Of a stretch of DNA of 41,641 bases, positions 1-8,676 are shown one piece after another. The position numbers and the translations under genes were made by a program. The notes beneath the pieces are model-generated. The model did no database searches. It worked only from the letters and a program-made list of their open reading frames with translations, and was not told the origin of the DNA. Numbering within the stretch: position 1 is the first letter of the stretch; the number at the start of each line of letters is the position of its first letter. The stretch is from an uncultured Mitsuokella sp. (GTDB lineage Bacteria > Bacillota > Negativicutes > Selenomonadales > Selenomonadaceae), in assembly GCA_963550265.1 (NCBI GenBank), contig CAUVCH010000001.1, positions 1 through 41,641 of the forward strand, given 5' to 3'.

Positions 1-536
1 TTGCCGACGGCCTGCCGCGTGCGGTGCAGGTGAGCGCCGACCTCTGCGAGCGTCTCATTTTCGTAGTAGATGCGGCGGAGGATCTCCTTTTCCCGCGGCG
101 AGAGTACTCTTACTGCGCGCTTTAGCATGAGGCGGTTGAGCGCGGCTTCTTCCGGTGTGGCGGCAGGTGAGAGCGCGTCCCAAAAAGCCGCGGCGTCTTC
201 TGCAGCGTCCGGGTGTATTTCGCGCAGCCAGCGCTTTTTTGTGCGGCGAAATTCGGCGTAGAGCGCACTTTCCACGCGCATCTTGGCATAGGCGGCAAAG
301 TAGGCATCTGCACTGTCGTCATAGGTGTGGATGGCGGTGAGAAAGGCGAGCTGCGCGATGGAGAGCGCATCGTGCCGGAGCTCCTCGCTCCCCAGGTACG
401 CTTGATGCGCGGCTCTTTTCATGAGGCCTTCGTAGCGGGCGAAAAGCTCTTCTTTTGCCGCGCTCTCGCCCGCCTTGGCGCGCCGAATGAGACGGCGCTC
501 TTCTTCTTTGCTGAGGATGGGAAATGCATTTGTCAT
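1..536 (-). CDS. Sigma-70 family alternative RNA polymerase sigma factor, 3' end truncated by the window edge
   Basis: Hand translation from ATG at 536 (RBS AAGAAGGA upstream) is open to base 1: MTNAFPILSKEEERRLIRRAKAGESAAKEELFARYEGLMK...DALSIAQLAFLTAIHTYDDSADAYFAAYAKMRVESALYAEFRR (region 2-like)...LSPREKEILRRIYYENETLAEVGAHLHRTRQAVG (region 4 HTH). It is missing from the ORF track because no stop lies in the window. Confidence 0.85.
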   Translation of the reverse strand, partial: MTNAFPILSKEEERRLIRRAKAGESAAKEELFARYEGLMKRAAHQAYLGSEELRHDALSIAQLAFLTAIHTYDDSADAYFAAYAKMRVESALYAEFRRTKKRWLREIHPDAAEDAAAFWDALSPAATPEEAALNRLMLKRAVRVLSPREKEILRRIYYENETLAEVGAHLHRTRQAVG

Positions 537-582
537 AAAAATCCTTCTTTCTAAAACTCTAAAACTTCGGGTCTGCGCGGTA

Positions 583-669
583 ATGCGTGCGCCACGAAAC
601 GCCGCGTTACGCAAGCGGTCGTGCACATATGCGCTGAACTCGGCGGAGTTCTTAAACGCGCTGCGCTTG
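583..669 (+). repeat. Partial copy (left arm plus loop) of the palindromic element at 33311-33500
   Basis: Hand alignment to 33322-33411 gives about 79/90 identical columns, including the exact runs CGTTACGCAAGCGGTCGTGCAC and TTCTTAAACGCGCTGCGCTTG. Confidence 0.9.
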
Positions 670-828
670 ATGGATAGATTAGCGAAGGAAATAGACGGCG
701 TCGAAAGCGGCTTTGTGTCCGGTACGTGCGAAAATCGGCATTTTCGGGCTGGGAAAGGCATAATTTCTTGTAAAAAGAAAGGGGAATGGGCGAAAGGAAA
801 AATTCTTAAGTTTTTTTTAGAAAGAAGA

Positions 829-853
829 AGGATTTTAGCCAAAGGTGTAGAAA
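829..853 (+). promoter_or_regulatory. Possible sigma-H-type promoter for hpf
   Basis: AGGATTT-N14-GAAA versus the B. subtilis SigH pattern AGGAWWT-N14-GAAT (one mismatch). B. subtilis hpf (yvyD) has a SigH promoter. Confidence 0.3.
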
Positions 854-979
854 CCTATAAATATCAGAAGAAATACTTCTACTTCTTCTGGGGCTTTCAG
901 GGAAGGGGCGGAGATTTCTCCGGCGCTTCCGTCGAGTTCCCCCGGCTTTCGAGGGACACAAAGAAAGGGGATGTGCTTT

Positions 980-1528
980 ATGGCAACATTCGCTATTCGA
1001 GGCAAGAACATCGAAGTCACCCCGTCGCTTCGCGAGTACGTCGAAAAGCGCGTGGGCAAGGTTGCGAAGTATTTTGATCAGATCGGCGAGATCAAGGTCA
1101 AGCTGACGGTCGACAAGGGGCGTCACATCGTAGAAGTCACGATTCCCATCAAGGGCGGGATTCTCCTGCGCGGCGAAGAAGCGACGATGGACATGTACAC
1201 GTCGATCGATCTCGTCGTCGAGAAGCTCGAGCGCCAGATTCGCAAGCAGAAGACGAAGCTGGCACGCCGTTTCCGTCAGAGCGGCGGTTTCAAGGCTGAG
1301 GCTTTTGCTGAAGCTGAGGTGCCGGAAAGGCCGGAAACAGACGGCGATTACCCGATCGTCAAGCGGAAGCGCTTTACTGTCCGTCCGATGGACGTTCAGG
1401 AAGCCATCATGCAAATGAACCTCCTAAATCACAATTTCTTCGTCTATCGCGATGCTGAGACAGAAAGCGTCAATGTCGTCTATCGGCGTACGGACGGCGA
1501 CTACGGTCTCATCGAGAGCGAGGACTGA
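980..1528 (+). CDS. hpf: Ribosome hibernation promoting factor, long form (S30EA domain plus C-terminal dimerisation domain)
   Basis: IRGKNIEVTPSLREYVEKR, DMYTSIDLVVEKLERQIRKQK and PMDVQEAIMQMNLLNHNFFVY...YRRTDGDYGLIE. ATG 980 is preferred over 971 by spacing from the AAAGGGG RBS. Confidence 0.95.
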   Translation: MATFAIRGKNIEVTPSLREYVEKRVGKVAKYFDQIGEIKVKLTVDKGRHIVEVTIPIKGGILLRGEEATMDMYTSIDLVVEKLERQIRKQKTKLARRFRQSGGFKAEAFAEAEVPERPETDGDYPIVKRKRFTVRPMDVQEAIMQMNLLNHNFFVYRDAETESVNVVYRRTDGDYGLIESED

Positions 1529-1545
1529 ATTTGTGCATTCCCATA

Positions 1546-1586
1546 AAGAAAAACTCTTGCAGGCGCGTCCCGCAGGAGTTTTTCTT
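1546..1586 (+). terminator. Intrinsic terminator after hpf
   Basis: AAGAAAAACTCTTGC / GCAGGAGTTTTTCTT inverted repeat with a T-tract. Confidence 0.75.
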
Positions 1587-1621
1587 ATATAGAAGAAGTT
1601 TGGTAAGATTGTGCGGCCGGC

Positions 1622-1650
1622 TGGAAAAGCAGCTTTCTTTTTGCTATAAT
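1622..1650 (+). promoter_or_regulatory. SigA extended -10 promoter for the xpaC-telA-pbp unit
   Basis: TGcTATAAT at 1642-1650, with a weak -35 (TGGAAA) 17 nt upstream. Confidence 0.55.
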
Positions 1651-1682
1651 GACTATGTATTAAGAGATAAGGTGGTGGCGAT

Positions 1683-2756
1683 ATGCATGTTGTTTTGAAG
1701 ATCATCGGTGCGGTTCTGCTTTCCCTGGGCGTATTTGGCGGTTTTGCGTCACATTTTTCCGCGCCGGCTGTTTTTTTCATCGTCTGCGGCGCTGCGACGC
1801 TTGCCGGCGGAATTCATTACGGAAAGAAGGAAAAAAAAGCGGCGGCTAAGAAGCCGGATGTCGGACAGCTGTTTGAAGGTGAGCAGGCGGCGCTTGCCGA
1901 AGAGATCTTTGACAAGTCGACGGCGGACTTCGCCCGCATCGAAGCCGTGCGAAAGGAGCTGACAGACCCTGCGCTCGGCGACCAGCTCTATAAGATGCAG
2001 GAGATCTCGAGCCGTATCATGGGCTATCTCGTCGAGCATCCGCAGCTCGTCGTCGATGCGCGCCGCTTTGTCGATACGTATCAGGATCGCGCGGCAAGCT
2101 TTGCCGAAGAGTTCCTCGAGCTTGAAAAGACACGGATTGAGAGCGCGAGCATCCGTCAGACCAAGGATAAGATCCGCACGACGCTCGACACGTTTGATGA
2201 AGCCTATCTTGCGGAGTTTGACAAGCTCCTTCATGCAAAGCTCCTCGATGTCGATGCAGAGATCGACGTCTTAAAGGAAACGATGCATGCGGACGGCATC
2301 GAGGCGGAGGATCAACCGCAAAGCGCAGAAAAAGAGGCGGGAACGTTCGCCGCCTATGCCGCACCGCAGCAGCCGGAAAGCCGAGGCAGAGAGCCGGTGA
2401 ACTGCGCGGGGCGCAAGAACAGACAGCGGTTTGGCTTTGGGCAGGGCGGCCCTTTCGGCATCGCGCGCAGGGTGCGGCATATTGCGCCGCAGGCGCCGGC
2501 AAAAGGAGGCATGCCGGAAGAGATGCGCGTACGCATCCGGCATAAAAAGCTTGCGGCAGGGCTTCTCGCCATCTTTCTCGGCGGGTTTGGCGCACATAAA
2601 TTTTACTTTGGCAAGACGGTGCAGGGCATTCTTTACGCGCTCTTTTGCTGGACGAGCCTCCCCTTTTGGGTCGGTTTTGTGGAGGGCATACGGTATCTTG
2701 CGATGCCCATGGAAGATTTTTATCGCCAGTACATGGATTCGTCCGCCAATCGGTAA
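1683..2756 (+). CDS. XpaC-like (5-bromo-4-chloroindolyl phosphate hydrolysis family) membrane protein fused to a C-terminal TM2 domain
   Basis: Two N-terminal hydrophobic helices, a helical core (ARRFVDTYQDRA...LLDVDAEIDVLK) resembling XpaC, and a position directly upstream of telA. The C-terminal KKLAAGLLAIFLGGFGAHKFYFGKTVQGILY is a TM2 signature. Confidence 0.7.
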   Translation: MHVVLKIIGAVLLSLGVFGGFASHFSAPAVFFIVCGAATLAGGIHYGKKEKKAAAKKPDVGQLFEGEQAALAEEIFDKSTADFARIEAVRKELTDPALGDQLYKMQEISSRIMGYLVEHPQLVVDARRFVDTYQDRAASFAEEFLELEKTRIESASIRQTKDKIRTTLDTFDEAYLAEFDKLLHAKLLDVDAEIDVLKETMHADGIEAEDQPQSAEKEAGTFAAYAAPQQPESRGREPVNCAGRKNRQRFGFGQGGPFGIARRVRHIAPQAPAKGGMPEEMRVRIRHKKLAAGLLAIFLGGFGAHKFYFGKTVQGILYALFCWTSLPFWVGFVEGIRYLAMPMEDFYRQYMDSSANR

Positions 2757-2794
2757 GTCAGCGTGTGGATAAAGAGCAGAAAGAGGAAAAGAAG

Positions 2795-3940
2795 ATGGCA
2801 GAACTGAGTCTTGAAGATCTGATGAAGGCGAAGGGCGCTGCAGGAGATACGGCGCCGGCGCCGGTCGATGAAGCCAAGAAGGTCGCCGAGGTCGTCGAAG
2901 AACTTTCGCCGGAGGAGCGCGCGAAGGTCGACAAGCTGAAAAATGAGATTGACCCGATGAATTCGCAGGCACTCATCACCTACGGCACGCCGGCACAAAA
3001 GCGTATCGCGGCGTTTTCAGAAAGTGTTCTTTCGGAGGTTCGTGCTAAGGATGCGGGCGAGGTCGGTCAGCTTCTCGGCGGGCTCGTGACGCAGGTCAAA
3101 AGCTTCAATCCTGAGGGAGCAGAGCGCGGCAGCTTTCTCGCGAAGATTCCCCTTGTCGGCGGTCTGGTGAAAAAGGCGGAAGACCTCAAGCAGGGCTATG
3201 AGAAATTGTCGGTGCAGGTCGACCGCATCGCCGGCGCACTCGAGCAGGCGCGCCTTAAGATGCTGAAGGACGTGAAGCGCTTCGACAAGCTCTATGCGGA
3301 AAACGTCGCCTATTTCAAAGATCTCGAGCTCTACATCCGCGCGGGCGAGGAAAAGATTCAGGAACTTCGGGAAGAGACGCTTCCGAAACTCGAGGAACAG
3401 GCCATTGCCTCGAATGATCCGATGGCGGTGCAAGTCGTCGCGGACTTCAAGCAGACAATCGAGCGCTTTGACCAGAAGGTGCATGACCTAAAGATCAGCA
3501 AGACGGTTGCCATTCAGACGGCGCCGCAGATTCGCCTGATTCAGAACAACGACAAGATACTGATCGACCGCGTGCAGTCCGCGATCTATCAGACGATTCC
3601 GCTTTGGAAGAGCCAGCTCGTCATCGCGCTCGGCCTGCAGGCACAGCAGAAGGTACTTCAGCTGCAGCGTCAGGTCAACGATACGACGAATGCACTTCTG
3701 CGGCGCAATGCGGAGCTTCTCGAGCAGAACAGCATCGAGACCGCGCGGGAGAACCAGCGCAGCATCGTTGATATTGAGACTGTCCGCGAGGTGAACGATC
3801 GCCTCGTTCATACGATTGAGGAGACAGTGCGCATCGGTGAGGAAGGCCGCGCAAAGCGCAAGGCGGCAGAGCAGGAACTCACGCAGATCGAAGGGCGCCT
3901 GAAAGACGTTCTGCTCGCGCATTCGAGCCGGCGGGCATGA
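2795..3940 (+). CDS. telA: Toxic anion resistance protein (TelA/YaaN family)
   Basis: QTAPQIRLIQNND...TIPLWKSQLVIALGL motif and long coiled coils. Start moved to ATG 2795 (MAELSLEDL) behind the AGAGGA RBS. Confidence 0.9.
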   Translation: MAELSLEDLMKAKGAAGDTAPAPVDEAKKVAEVVEELSPEERAKVDKLKNEIDPMNSQALITYGTPAQKRIAAFSESVLSEVRAKDAGEVGQLLGGLVTQVKSFNPEGAERGSFLAKIPLVGGLVKKAEDLKQGYEKLSVQVDRIAGALEQARLKMLKDVKRFDKLYAENVAYFKDLELYIRAGEEKIQELREETLPKLEEQAIASNDPMAVQVVADFKQTIERFDQKVHDLKISKTVAIQTAPQIRLIQNNDKILIDRVQSAIYQTIPLWKSQLVIALGLQAQQKVLQLQRQVNDTTNALLRRNAELLEQNSIETARENQRSIVDIETVREVNDRLVHTIEETVRIGEEGRAKRKAAEQELTQIEGRLKDVLLAHSSRRA

Positions 3941-5925
3941 GAGCACGGCGGATTCGGACGCAGGTGCACATTCGCCGCGCGGCGTTTTTGCTCCTGACAT
4001 TCTTTATTGTCATCGCCCTGCGCTATGGCTGGCTGCAGATCGTGCAGGGCGATGCGCTCGGCGCGAGGCTGAAAGACCAGGTGGATCGCACATTTACGGT
4101 GCAGTCCCCGCGCGGCAAAATCTTAGACCGCACAGGGCGCACGCTTGCCGTTTCGACGCTGCTGAAGTCCCTCTACGTCGATCCTCATGCGATTGCAGAG
4201 GGTGTCGAGAAGCATAATTTAGACACCCAGGCGATGGCCGAGGAGCTCGCACCAATCGTCGGTCTTCCCGCCGATACGATCCTTTCCGATATCGAGGTCG
4301 GCGGCGGGTTTGTCTGGGTCAAGCGCCGCATGGACGATACCACGTATAAAAACGTTCAGGCCTTCCTTAAGGAAAAGGAGTACACTGCGTATTTCGGTTT
4401 CAAAAATGAGGCGCAGCGTTTTTATCCGAACGACGGTCTTGCGGCGAATGTCCTCGGCTTTGTCGGGGCGGAGGACAAGGGTCTCGATGGCGTTGAGCAG
4501 GCACTCGATGGCTTCTTAAAGGGTGACCGCAGCGAGAAGACACTGACGACCGATCGCGAGAACCGGCCGATCTTAGACTCGATCTTTTCGGGCGGCCGCT
4601 ACAGCGGCGATCTCTGCAAGGATGTCACGCTGACGATTGACAGCCAGATTCAATTCATCGTCGAGCAGGAACTCGACCGCGCGGTCAAGGAGACGCGCCC
4701 GAAAGCCATCACCTGCATCGTCATGGACCCGAAGACGGGCGAGGTTCTCGCGATGGCTTCGCGCCCGTCGTACAATCCGAATCAGTTTGACAAGTATCCG
4801 GCGGAGGATTGGAAGAACAGCGCCGTCTCCTTCATCTATGAGCCGGGTTCGACGTTCAAAGCGGTGGTCGCGGGCGCGGCGCTTCAGGAAAGGGTCGTGA
4901 CGCCGAATCAGAGCTTCGTCGACCCGGGGTTCGTCATGGTGTCGGGACGCCGCATTCAGAATTGGAGCGGCACGAGCTTTGGTAAGGTGACCTTTACCGA
5001 TGTCGTTAAATACTCACTGAACACGGGCTTTGCGCAGGTTGGGCTTCGCCTCGGGGCGGATCGCCTGACCGATTACGCGATGAAGTTTGGCTTTGGCGTA
5101 CAGACGGGCATCGACCTTCCGGGGGAAGAGGCGGGCATCTTATTTAAGCCAAACGAGATGCGCGACTCAGATATGGCGACGATGGCGATCGGGCAGAGCA
5201 TCGCGGTGACGCCGCTGCAGCTCGTGACGGCGATGTCTGCGATTGCAAACAGCGGCGTCCTCTTAAAGCCGCACATCGTCAAGAAGATCACGAATGCCGA
5301 CGGCTCGACCTACGAGGAGCGTTCGACCGAAGAGGTTCGCCGCGTTCTAGACAGCGCGACGGATAAGACGCTCGTCGGTCTCTTGGAGCAGGTCGTCGCG
5401 ACGGGCGGCGGGCATAAGGCGGCAGTCGATGGCTACCGCATCGCGGGCAAGACCGGCACGGCGCAGAAGATTCGCCGCGACAGTGCGGGCTATATGGACG
5501 GGCATTACATCGCTTCCTTCTGCGGCTTTGCTCCGGTGGAGGATCCGAAGATTTCGGTGCTCGTCCTGATCGACGACCCGAGCAATGGGGATTATTACGG
5601 CGGCCAGATCGCGGCGCCGATCGCCTCGCGCATCTTTAGCCAGCTATTTCGGCACATGCGCATACAGCCGTCGAGTGATCCCTTCGCGGGCATGGAAATG
5701 GCAAGGCCGGAGCCGGAGAAAAAGACTGTTTCGGACACGGTTCCCGAGGGCAAGGTCGTCGTGCCGAACTTTCAGGGAAAGAGCATCCGCGAAGCCGCAA
5801 GTCTTGCCGCAGAGCGCGGCCTCAGCTTTGAAAGTACGGGCTCGGGCGCGGCAAGCGGGCAGAGCATCGCTGCAAACACCTTGGTCGATAAGGATACGAC
5901 TATCACGGTCTATTTTACGCCGTAG
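3937..5925 (+). CDS. Class B penicillin-binding protein (FtsI/SpoVD-like) with a C-terminal PASTA domain
   Basis: N-terminal TM, RGKILDR, YEPGSTFK (SxxK), SLN (SxN), KTGTAQK (KTG) and PASTA-like VVVPNFQGKS. It overlaps the telA stop (ATGA). Confidence 0.92.
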   Translation: MRARRIRTQVHIRRAAFLLLTFFIVIALRYGWLQIVQGDALGARLKDQVDRTFTVQSPRGKILDRTGRTLAVSTLLKSLYVDPHAIAEGVEKHNLDTQAMAEELAPIVGLPADTILSDIEVGGGFVWVKRRMDDTTYKNVQAFLKEKEYTAYFGFKNEAQRFYPNDGLAANVLGFVGAEDKGLDGVEQALDGFLKGDRSEKTLTTDRENRPILDSIFSGGRYSGDLCKDVTLTIDSQIQFIVEQELDRAVKETRPKAITCIVMDPKTGEVLAMASRPSYNPNQFDKYPAEDWKNSAVSFIYEPGSTFKAVVAGAALQERVVTPNQSFVDPGFVMVSGRRIQNWSGTSFGKVTFTDVVKYSLNTGFAQVGLRLGADRLTDYAMKFGFGVQTGIDLPGEEAGILFKPNEMRDSDMATMAIGQSIAVTPLQLVTAMSAIANSGVLLKPHIVKKITNADGSTYEERSTEEVRRVLDSATDKTLVGLLEQVVATGGGHKAAVDGYRIAGKTGTAQKIRRDSAGYMDGHYIASFCGFAPVEDPKISVLVLIDDPSNGDYYGGQIAAPIASRIFSQLFRHMRIQPSSDPFAGMEMARPEPEKKTVSDTVPEGKVVVPNFQGKSIREAASLAAERGLSFESTGSGAASGQSIAANTLVDKDTTITVYFTP

Positions 5926-5987
5926 AAACTTAGAAAAAGGGCGCTGCTTTAGCAAGGCACATCCGCCTGTCATGTGCCCTTTTTCGG

Positions 5988-6016
5988 TTGACACTGGTTT
6001 CCCTCTGTTGTAGAAT
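5988..6016 (+). promoter_or_regulatory. SigA promoter for tagO-wecB
   Basis: TTGACA-N17-TAGAAT. Confidence 0.7.
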
Positions 6017-6108
6017 ACGAGTGTTGTTGAAGGTTTATAGCGGAGGCAAAAAGGCATTTTTTCGTAGAGAATGCCTTTTTGTCTCATTTAAAGGAGTGCA
6101 TCAAGTCT

Positions 6109-7161
6109 ATGCCGGATTATCTCTTAGCATTCGTCATTGCGCTTGGCGTAGCGCTCGTTATCATGCCGCTGGTCATCAGGCTTGCCGCGGTGACGGGGGC
6201 GATGGATGCGCCGAATGCCCGAAAGGTGCACAAGCGCCCGATTCCGCGCATCGGGGGCATCGGCATCTACCTTGCGTTCATGGCATCGGTCTTTGCCGTC
6301 TGCCAGATGACGGATGTTTCTGCAGAGGCCTTGTCGGAACTCATCGGACTCATTGTTTCGGGCTCGATCATCGTCCTCATCGGCATCGTCGACGATTACA
6401 AGGACATTCCAGCCAAGGTGAAGCTCCTCGGGCAGATCGTGGCGGCGGCAGTGCTCGTCCTCATGTTTGACGTTCGCATCGACTTCATCACGGATCCGTT
6501 CGGCGATTATTTTTACCTCGAGTTTCTCGCGATTCCGGCGACGATCTTCTGGCTCGTGGGGCTCACGAACACGGTGAATCTCATCGACGGGCTCGACGGG
6601 CTTGCCGCGGGCGTTTCGACGATCGCCTCGATTACGATCTGCCTCGTCGCCGTGCAGGCGGGCGTTCTCTTTGTCGCCACGATGACGGCGGCTCTTGCGG
6701 GCGCGGCGCTCGGATTTTTGTATTACAACTTCAACCCCGCGCGCATCTTCATGGGCGATACGGGGAGTCAGTTCCTCGGCTTCATGCTCGCGGGCGTCTC
6801 GGTCATCGGCGCGGTGAAGAGCGCTGCGACGATTGCGCTCATCGTGCCGATCCTCGCGCTCGGGCTTCCCATCCTCGACACGACGTTTGCCATCGTGCGC
6901 CGCTATCGCGGGGGCGTGCCTATCTTCCGACCGGACAAGGGACATCTTCATCATCGCCTCTTAGACCTCGGTTTCACACAGCGCCAGGCTGTGCTTCTCA
7001 TGTACGTTATCAGCGCACTTCTCGGCGTCGCGGCGGTCGCGCTGACGGAGGTCAGCATGCAGATTGCCGTCTGCATCGTCGTTTTCGTCGTCTTTGCCGT
7101 GCTTTTCGGCGCAAAGAAGATCGGCATCTTCCGCCTCAGCGATTCGGCACATACGCATTGA
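6109..7161 (+). CDS. Undecaprenyl-phosphate GlcNAc-1-phosphate transferase (TagO/WecA family)
   Basis: RKVHKRPIPRIGG, GIVDD, NTVNLIDGLDGLA, FMGDTG and DKGHLHHRL in a polytopic membrane protein. Start at ATG 6109 after AAGGAG. Confidence 0.9.
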   Translation: MPDYLLAFVIALGVALVIMPLVIRLAAVTGAMDAPNARKVHKRPIPRIGGIGIYLAFMASVFAVCQMTDVSAEALSELIGLIVSGSIIVLIGIVDDYKDIPAKVKLLGQIVAAAVLVLMFDVRIDFITDPFGDYFYLEFLAIPATIFWLVGLTNTVNLIDGLDGLAAGVSTIASITICLVAVQAGVLFVATMTAALAGAALGFLYYNFNPARIFMGDTGSQFLGFMLAGVSVIGAVKSAATIALIVPILALGLPILDTTFAIVRRYRGGVPIFRPDKGHLHHRLLDLGFTQRQAVLLMYVISALLGVAAVALTEVSMQIAVCIVVFVVFAVLFGAKKIGIFRLSDSAHTH

Positions 7162-7194
7162 GTTTTTTGTCATTGGAAACGGGGAGTCAGCGTT

Positions 7195-8355
7195 ATGGAT
7201 AAGAAGAAAATCAAGGTGATGACGATCTTCGGCACGCGTCCGGAAGCCATTAAGATGGCGCCGATCGTCCTGGAGCTAAAAAAGCACGAGGTGATCAAGC
7301 CGGTCGTCGCCGTCACAGCACAGCACCGCGAGATGCTCGATCAGGTGCTCTCCCTCTTTCAGATAAAGCCCGACTATGATCTCGATATCATGCAGGCGGG
7401 GCAGACGCTCTTTGACATCACGGCAAAGGCGCTTTGCGGGCTTGATGCGGTTCTGACGAAGGAGGAGCCGGACATCGTCCTCGTTCACGGCGACACGACG
7501 ACGACCTTTGCAGGGGCGCTTGCCGCCTATTACCACCAGACGACGGTCGGGCATGTGGAGGCGGGGCTTCGCACGCACCACAAGTACTCGCCGTTTCCCG
7601 AAGAGATGAATCGCCACCTGACGGGGTGCATTGCCGATATGAACTTTGCGCCGACGGAGACGAGCGAGCGCAACTTGCTCTTAGAGCATGCAGATGCCTC
7701 GTCCATCTTCATCACGGGTAACACCGTGATCGATGCGCTTCATCATACGGTGCGCGAGGACTATGTCTTTGCGGATGCGGCGCTGAAGGACGTTGACTTT
7801 GAACACAAGCGCGTCGTCCTCGTGACGACGCACCGCCGCGAGAACCTCGGCGAGCCGATGCGCCATGTCTACCGAGCACTTCGGAAACTGGTGGAAGAAT
7901 TCGAAGACGTCGAGATCGTCTTTCCTGTACACAAGAATCCGAAAGTGCGCGCTGTGGTTCAGGAGGAACTTGGCAAGCTAGTAAAGGTTCACCTCATCGA
8001 GCCGCTCGACTACGAGCCGTTTGCCAACCTCATGAGCCGCGCCCATCTGATTCTGACGGATTCCGGCGGCGTGCAGGAGGAGGCGCCGGCACTCGGTAAG
8101 CCCGTCCTCGTGCTGCGCGATACGACGGAGCGACCGGAGGCAGTCGCCGCCGGCACGGTGAAGCTCATCGGCACGAATGAAAAGCACGTCTATGACGAGA
8201 CCCGGCGCCTTTTGACGAACGCGGCGGCGTATCGCTCGATGGCGGAATCGGTGAACCCCTACGGCGACGGCGAAGCGGCGCGGCGCATCATCCACGCGAT
8301 TCTCTACCGCTACGGACTGGAAGAAGATCGCCCCGATGTCTTTGAGGTGGAATAA
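7195..8355 (+). CDS. wecB: UDP-N-acetylglucosamine 2-epimerase (non-hydrolysing)
   Basis: FGTRPEAIKMAP, HGDTTT, GHVEAGLR, TDSGGVQEEAP, TERPEA and NPYGDG. Confidence 0.96.
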   Translation: MDKKKIKVMTIFGTRPEAIKMAPIVLELKKHEVIKPVVAVTAQHREMLDQVLSLFQIKPDYDLDIMQAGQTLFDITAKALCGLDAVLTKEEPDIVLVHGDTTTTFAGALAAYYHQTTVGHVEAGLRTHHKYSPFPEEMNRHLTGCIADMNFAPTETSERNLLLEHADASSIFITGNTVIDALHHTVREDYVFADAALKDVDFEHKRVVLVTTHRRENLGEPMRHVYRALRKLVEEFEDVEIVFPVHKNPKVRAVVQEELGKLVKVHLIEPLDYEPFANLMSRAHLILTDSGGVQEEAPALGKPVLVLRDTTERPEAVAAGTVKLIGTNEKHVYDETRRLLTNAAAYRSMAESVNPYGDGEAARRIIHAILYRYGLEEDRPDVFEVE

Positions 8356-8583
8356 ATGCGGGAAAAAGACAGCGGCTGGCGCATGGCAATCAAGGCCTTT
8401 GCCATTCTCTCGGGGGCAGGTATCTACCTCTGCGTCTTCATCGGCATCTTTCTCTATCTCGGGCATCTTGCCGATGCTTTCTTTGAGACGGGGAACAAGG
8501 CGAAGCTTGTCTTTTTAATTCTCAGCATGCCGTCGGCTTTTTATACCTTGTATCGGCAGCTGAAAACACAGGGCGTCGTCTGA
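8356..8583 (+). CDS. AtpZ/AtpI-family small membrane protein
   Basis: 75 aa with two TM segments and the pattern IGIFLYLGHLADAFFET (G..lD..f.T). It sits immediately after wecB, where the atp operon often starts in Clostridia-related genomes. Confidence 0.65.
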   Translation: MREKDSGWRMAIKAFAILSGAGIYLCVFIGIFLYLGHLADAFFETGNKAKLVFLILSMPSAFYTLYRQLKTQGVV

Positions 8584-8676
8584 CCGCAGCGGGTCAGAGG
8601 CGCCCTATCTGTCCATAAAAGAAAATAGCGACAGCGCAGGGTCTTTCTGTGCGATTCAAGTGAGGAGGTTTTTTGC

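Noticed and set aside
70..1077. Plus-strand ORFs 70..261, 213..554, 475..1077 and minus-strand ORF 122..370
   Set aside because: They are shadows of the minus-strand sigma factor or cross the intergenic repeat, and they have no motifs.
2645..2794. Longer TelA N-terminus given in the ORF track
   Set aside because: It overlaps the TM2 region of the upstream gene, and ATG 2795 has a proper RBS.
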